NCBI GenBank assembly: GCA_947177395.1
Contig: CAMWUI010000013.1
Location: 305 to 64,304 of the forward strand
Direction: 5' to 3'
DNA from: an uncultured Paraprevotella sp.
Lineage (GTDB): Bacteria > Bacteroidota > Bacteroidia > Bacteroidales > Bacteroidaceae
DNA: 64,000 nucleotides
The notes beneath the pieces are model-generated. The model was not told the origin of the DNA. It saw only the letters and a list, made by a program, of their open reading frames with translations, and ran no database searches. Below are positions 58,829-64,000 of the stretch, one piece after another; the stretch's first letter is position 1, and each line of letters starts with the position of its first letter. Both the position numbers and the translations under genes were made by a program.

Positions 58829-61222
58829 ATGAGTATGAAACCGATAAGTCTGATAGGGATTTTCGTCTTAATGGCTCTCCCGACGGTGGCAGAGAATGTG
58901 AACATTCAGTTTTATACACCTGAAATCGTGAGGGTGCAGAAGTTTCCACAGGGGAGTGCCGCTTCCGGCAGGGAATCGATGGTGGTTCTCGCAAGTCCCG
59001 GGGATGTGAAAGTCAGGAAGAGCGAAAAGCAAGGGGAGACTCTCTATCAAAGTGCCGCGCTGATGGTAAGTGTGGATGAGAAGAGCGGGAAGGTGAGTTT
59101 TTACAAACCGGATGGTACGGTTCTGCTGAAGGAAGGCGACTATGCCTTCACGCCTATTTTCACAGGTATCGACAAGGGAGCCTATAAAGTGAAGCAGGGG
59201 TTTGCCCTTGAAAAGGACGAACCGATTTATGGTATAGGAATGTTGCAGAACGGCAAGATGTCACAGCGTGGCGAGCACCGGCTCATGCAGCAGTCCAACC
59301 TTGAAGACTACGCACATTTTTTCCAGAGTATAAAGGGATATGGCATATATTGGGACAACTATTCTCCCACGACTCTCAACGACAATGCCACGCTTGAGCT
59401 GGAGAGCCAGGTGGGCGATGCGGTGGATTACTATTTCATGTATGGCGGAGATGCCGACGGGGTGATTGCTGACATGCGCCATCTCACGGGAAAAGTGCCG
59501 ATGCTTCCGCTTTGGACGTATGGATACCACCAGAGTCGCGAGCGTTACAAAACCCAGGAGGAACTTCTGGAAGTGGTGGACAAGTATCGCCGACTCGGCA
59601 TACCTTTTGACGGAATAATACAGGACTGGCAATACTGGGGGAGCAACTACACCTGGAACGCCATGGAGTTTATAAGTCCCGATTTCAACCGTGCGCAGGA
59701 CATGATCAACCGCGTACATGATAATAACGCTCATCTCAGCATCAGCGTCTGGGCTAGTTTCGGACCTGAGACCAAACAATATAGGGAACTGAAGGAGAAA
59801 GATCTCCTGTTTTCATTCGAAACCTGGCCGGAATCGGGAATTACCGACTGGCCTCCGCGCAGAGACTATCCGTCGGGAGTAAGGGTGTATGACTGCTACA
59901 GCGAGACCGCACGCCAGATTTATTGGAATCATCTGAAACGTCTGCATGACATGGGGGTGGATGCCTGGTGGATGGATTCCACCGATCCCGACCATGCGCA
60001 ATACAAAGACTCCGATCTCGACGAGAAATGTTCGGCAGGCTCGTTCCGTTCCGTACGCAACCTGTTTCCGTTCATGACGGTGGGAGGGGTAGACCAGCAT
60101 CAGCGTGTCGAAGACCGGAATAAAAGAGTCTTCATACTGACGCGCTCCTTCTTTGCCGGACAACAGCGGTATGGAGCCAATACCTGGAGTGGAGATGTGT
60201 CCAGCTCTTGGGAATCATTGCGTAAGCAGGTTCCTTTGTGCCTGAATCACACGCTTACCGGCAATCCCAATGTCAACACCGACATTGGCGGGTTCTTTGC
60301 CGGTGCGTACAACCGGAACTGGAATGACAACTCGGCCACCTCTAATCCCCGGTTTCAGGAACTCTATGTCCGCTGGATGCAGTTCGGACTGTTCAATCCG
60401 ATGATGCGTAGCCATGGGACCGATGTATACCGGGAACTTTATTACTATGGCAAGGACGGTGAACCCGTTTACGATGCCCTTGTGGGGGCGGTGAAACTCC
60501 GCTATCGTCTCTTGCCTTATATTTATAGCACTGCGCGCAGGGTGAGTGAGAACGATGACAGTTTCATGCGTGCTTTGTTCATGGACTTCAGAGATGACAG
60601 GAATACCTGGGACAATGCCCGTGAGTTCATGTTCGGAAGAAGCCTTCTCGCATGTCCGGTAGTCGATCCTCTTTTTACGGAGGAGAAGGAGGTAAAGACA
60701 GATGAGACGACGGGGTGGAACAAGAACAACGGAGGAACCGCGGGCTTGTGGCCTTCTGTAGACTGGAACAGGGGAAAAACGTATGAGGTCTATCTCCCGG
60801 CCGGTGCGCGTTGGTATGACTTCTGGACCAATGAGGAATACGATGGCGGCCGCACCGTGACGGCAGCGGCTCCCATATCCCATTCTCCGCTTTATGTCAG
60901 AGCCGGAAGTATATTGCCTCTTGGAGAGGACATGCAATATTCCTCGGAGAAGCCGTGGGACTTCATTACGCTCAACGTTTATCCCGGTGCGGATGCCGGG
61001 TTCGTCCTTTATGAAGACGAGGGGGACAACTATAATTACCTTGAAGGTAAATTCTCAAAGATCCCGATGAAGTGGAATGACAGGAGCCGTACCCTCACGA
61101 TAGATGCCCGCAAGGGAGGTTTCGACGGGATGCTGGAGCAGCGCACGTTCAGGATTGTGATGCCTGACGGGAAGTCGAAGGACGTGGTATACAAAGGGAA
61201 ACGAGTATCAGTCAGGATGTAA
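58829..61222 (+). CDS. GH31 glycosidase (alpha-xylosidase-like)
   Basis: IIQDWQYW, WWMDSTDP, WSGDV, RSHGTD, YEDEGDNYNY. Confidence 0.87.
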   Translation: MSMKPISLIGIFVLMALPTVAENVNIQFYTPEIVRVQKFPQGSAASGRESMVVLASPGDVKVRKSEKQGETLYQSAALMVSVDEKSGKVSFYKPDGTVLLKEGDYAFTPIFTGIDKGAYKVKQGFALEKDEPIYGIGMLQNGKMSQRGEHRLMQQSNLEDYAHFFQSIKGYGIYWDNYSPTTLNDNATLELESQVGDAVDYYFMYGGDADGVIADMRHLTGKVPMLPLWTYGYHQSRERYKTQEELLEVVDKYRRLGIPFDGIIQDWQYWGSNYTWNAMEFISPDFNRAQDMINRVHDNNAHLSISVWASFGPETKQYRELKEKDLLFSFETWPESGITDWPPRRDYPSGVRVYDCYSETARQIYWNHLKRLHDMGVDAWWMDSTDPDHAQYKDSDLDEKCSAGSFRSVRNLFPFMTVGGVDQHQRVEDRNKRVFILTRSFFAGQQRYGANTWSGDVSSSWESLRKQVPLCLNHTLTGNPNVNTDIGGFFAGAYNRNWNDNSATSNPRFQELYVRWMQFGLFNPMMRSHGTDVYRELYYYGKDGEPVYDALVGAVKLRYRLLPYIYSTARRVSENDDSFMRALFMDFRDDRNTWDNAREFMFGRSLLACPVVDPLFTEEKEVKTDETTGWNKNNGGTAGLWPSVDWNRGKTYEVYLPAGARWYDFWTNEEYDGGRTVTAAAPISHSPLYVRAGSILPLGEDMQYSSEKPWDFITLNVYPGADAGFVLYEDEGDNYNYLEGKFSKIPMKWNDRSRTLTIDARKGGFDGMLEQRTFRIVMPDGKSKDVVYKGKRVSVRM

Positions 61223-61225
61223 GGC

Positions 61226-62983
61226 ATGAAAGATATTTTGAAGACAATAGCAGTAAGTGCGGTTGTGATTGCATGCAGCCTCTCTGCGGCAGGAATGACG
61301 TCGCCCAATGGAAAATTTTCACTTCGGAAGGACGGTGGAGTGTTGCAACTGGTAAGTGCCGATAAAGGTGGCCGGACTCATCTGTTGTCGCTCTTCTGCG
61401 GAAAGGCGAAGCCCGTCGGGAAATCCATTACCAGGTCTGTCTCCTATGATATGCTGACAGGGAAAAGAAAACATTGTTCGAATTCGTATACGGAGCGGAG
61501 ATACGTGCTCGCGGACGGCGACACGCTTTCCGTCAGGCTCTATAACGACGGTATGGCCTGGAAGAAAACGGGTGTGTCGAGAATTGAGTTCCGGAATGTG
61601 GCGCACGACTGGGTGCAGGAGTGGACGGACTGTTATGAGAATTTCTTCCCGAAGGACAGAGAGATAAAGGAAGGGGGCCGCTACGGTTATCCGGCCCTGG
61701 TGGAGTTTGATAGCGGAAGTTTCGGATTGTTGACCGAATCGGGAATCGCCCCGAATGAAGCGGGCGTAAGCATGCATGCGCGTGGAGGCTATCTTTTCGA
61801 TCTCGTTCCCGACGGCAGTGAGAACGGAGGATGGCAGACTTTCATTGCGGGTTCCCTCGCGGAAGTCGTCGAGTCGACCCTTGTGACCGACAATTCGCGG
61901 GAGAGCGTGGTGGCGGATACCTCATGGATCGAACCGGGCGTGGCGGCCTGGGTATATTGGGCCTATAACCATGGTTCGAACGATTTCAACATCATAAGCC
62001 GTTATGTGGATCTGGCTGCGTCATTGCAACTTCCATACGTCCTCATTGATGCCGAATGGGATGAGATGAAGGACGGAAAGCGGGTGGAGGATGCCGTGGC
62101 ATATTCCGTAAGCAAAGGAGTGAAACCGCTGATATGGTATAATTCATCCGTAGGATGGGTGGACGGTGCGCCGGGACCCAAATTCCGGCTGAATACTCCG
62201 GAGTCGCTTGAAAAGGAATTTGCATGGTGCGAGAAGATTGGAGTGAGTGGAGTGAAGATAGATTTCTTTTCCGGTGATACCAATCTGAACATGAGGTTTA
62301 TGGCGGAGTTGCTTGAAGCTGCCGCCCGGCATCGCCTGACGGTGAATTTCCACGGATCCCCGTTGCCGCGGGGCTGGCAACGCACCTATCCCAATCTGAT
62401 TACGACAGAAGCAGTGTATGGAGCGGAATGGTATAACAATGTGCCGACGTTCACCGGCAAGGCGGCCGCTCACAATGCCACTCTTCCTTTCACCCGCAAT
62501 GTCATCGGTTCCATGGATTATACGCCGTGTGCTTTTTCCGATTCGCAGCATCCCCATATCACCACGCATGCCCATGAACTGGCGCTGACTGCCCTTTTCG
62601 AATCCGGTATCCAGCATCTGGCCGACCGGCCCGAGAGCCTGTTGGCCCAGCCGCAGGAAGTGAAAGATTATTTCACGGCTCTTCCCGCGGCCTGGGATGA
62701 GACCGTATTGCTCGGCGGATACCCCGGTGAGTATGTCGCGCTGGCCAGAAGAAAAGGCAACAAGTGGTGGATTGCCGCCATCAATGGTTCTGACGGGATG
62801 TTGGAAAAGATGCCTGTGGACTATTCGCGTCTTGGACTTCCTGTACCCTTGAAAGGGATTGTGTTTGAGGACGCAGCTCCCGGAAGCGGGAACTTTTGGC
62901 GTATAACGGAGAGAACAAACTTGCCTGAGACAATCGATTTGCTTCCGCGGGGAGGCGTTGTTATAGTGGTTGAACCGTCATGA
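61226..62983 (+). CDS. GH97 glycosidase (retaining-type motif)
   Basis: SWIEPG, LIDAEW, GVKIDFF, NFHG, RTYPN..EAVYGAE, GSMDYTP. Confidence 0.87.
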   Translation: MKDILKTIAVSAVVIACSLSAAGMTSPNGKFSLRKDGGVLQLVSADKGGRTHLLSLFCGKAKPVGKSITRSVSYDMLTGKRKHCSNSYTERRYVLADGDTLSVRLYNDGMAWKKTGVSRIEFRNVAHDWVQEWTDCYENFFPKDREIKEGGRYGYPALVEFDSGSFGLLTESGIAPNEAGVSMHARGGYLFDLVPDGSENGGWQTFIAGSLAEVVESTLVTDNSRESVVADTSWIEPGVAAWVYWAYNHGSNDFNIISRYVDLAASLQLPYVLIDAEWDEMKDGKRVEDAVAYSVSKGVKPLIWYNSSVGWVDGAPGPKFRLNTPESLEKEFAWCEKIGVSGVKIDFFSGDTNLNMRFMAELLEAAARHRLTVNFHGSPLPRGWQRTYPNLITTEAVYGAEWYNNVPTFTGKAAAHNATLPFTRNVIGSMDYTPCAFSDSQHPHITTHAHELALTALFESGIQHLADRPESLLAQPQEVKDYFTALPAAWDETVLLGGYPGEYVALARRKGNKWWIAAINGSDGMLEKMPVDYSRLGLPVPLKGIVFEDAAPGSGNFWRITERTNLPETIDLLPRGGVVIVVEPS

Positions 62984-63113
62984 ACATTTGCGCGGCACTC
63001 ACGGCATGTTCGTTCTTTGAAAACAAGCCGGGAAGCATTGCAGGTGCGTATGGAAAAGACTCATCAGTAGACGTTGTTTTAAGGGCTGGTTATCCCGAGT
63101 TCGTGTATTATCG

Positions 63114-63210
63114 TAAAAATCGCCATTACAAAGTATGATTTTTATATAAAAATCGCCATTGACAAAGAAGAATGGCTATATTTGCAAAAAGAATGCTTGC
63201 CTATGGCGAT
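63114..63210 (+). promoter_or_regulatory. Promoter with repeated operator-like motif upstream of the AAA+ ATPase gene
   Basis: taaaaatcgccatt at 63114 and 63147; inverted near-copies at 63171 and 63202; TATATTTG -7 box at 63177-63184. Confidence 0.55.
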
Positions 63211-64000
63211 GATAAACAGAATACTTCAAGAGAAGATTATGGCACGGATTGCCCCCAACAAGGCCGTATTGATTTTCGGCGCGCGGCGTGTGGGCAAGAC
63301 AGTGATGATGCGCAACATCGTGGGTAGCTATCCAGGGCGGACGATGATGCTTAACGGCGAGGATTACGATACGTTGGCTTTGTTGGAGAATCGCTCAGTC
63401 GCCAATTACCGACATTTATTGGAGGGCATAGACCTATTGGCTATAGACGAGGCACAGAATATACCTCAAATCGGCAACATTCTGAAGTTGATTGTCGATG
63501 AAATACCGGGCATAAGCGTATTGGCCAGCGGTTCGTCTTCGTTTGACCTACTGAATAAGACAGGGGAACCGTTAGTCGGTCGCGGTACGCAATTCCTGCT
63601 TACACCTTTCTCGCAACGGGAAATCGCGCAGACGGAAACGGCACTCGAAACCCGTCAGAACCTTGAAGCCCGCTTGATTTATGGCTCTTATCCGGAGGTG
63701 GTCATGATGGACAACTACGAGCGTAAGACCGACTATTTGCGCGATATTGTCGGGGCGTATCTGCTGAAAGATATTCTGGCAATCGACGGCTTGAAAAATT
63801 CGAGCAAGATGCGCGACCTATTGCGGCTTATTGCCTTTCAACTTGGAAGCGAGGTCTCTTATGAGGAGTTGGGCAAACAGCTCGGCATGAGCAAGACGAC
63901 CGTTGAAAAATACCTTGACTTGTTGGAGAAAGTCTTTGTCGTCTATCGGCTTGGAGCTTACTCGCGAAATCTTCGCAAAGAGGTCACGAAAGCCGGGAAA
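63203..64000 (+). CDS. AAA+ ATPase (AAA_14 + DUF4143 family), 3' end runs off the window
   Basis: Hand translation: IFGARRVGKT Walker A, LAIDEAQ Walker B, SGSSSF, EPLVGR, YGSYPE. Confidence 0.88.
   Translation, partial: MAMINRILQEKIMARIAPNKAVLIFGARRVGKTVMMRNIVGSYPGRTMMLNGEDYDTLALLENRSVANYRHLLEGIDLLAIDEAQNIPQIGNILKLIVDEIPGISVLASGSSSFDLLNKTGEPLVGRGTQFLLTPFSQREIAQTETALETRQNLEARLIYGSYPEVVMMDNYERKTDYLRDIVGAYLLKDILAIDGLKNSSKMRDLLRLIAFQLGSEVSYEELGKQLGMSKTTVEKYLDLLEKVFVVYRLGAYSRNLRKEVTKAGK

Overview
A 64-kb, mostly core-genome segment of a Bacteroidales bacterium, probably Prevotellaceae-like (TAnnTTTG -7 promoter boxes, Prevotella-type T9SS C-terminal tails, prfB without a frameshift). It carries tdh/kbl, metG, an LPS core/lipid A cluster, pdxB, acpP-fabF-rnc, tRNA-Arg(CCT), glycine-lipid acyltransferases, dgt, dut-TPR-DUF4292-envC, lrgAB, alkaline phosphatase, prfB, a long-chain acyl-CoA ligase, an ArgE-like M20 enzyme, maeB and a K+/H+ antiporter. 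A ~16-kb xylan/arabinoxylan cluster (4 GH43, CE6, GPH transporter, GH10, 2 GH31, GH97; no susC/susD or regulator in the window) and a partial AAA+/DUF4143 ATPase follow. Most notable unexplained elements: (1) a module in which a multi-TM AraC sensor is divergent from an 891-aa T9SS cargo protein followed by an unannotated 50-aa YxxP-leader peptide, a candidate peptide-signalling system; (2) two intergenic arrays of palindromic units with different sequences but the same exact 23-bp period; (3) a nested hairpin repeat upstream of prfB; (4) an AT-rich insert encoding an NVEALA-like Cys-rich peptide plus an MG2-like protein. All calls come from reading motifs by eye; no database searches were run.
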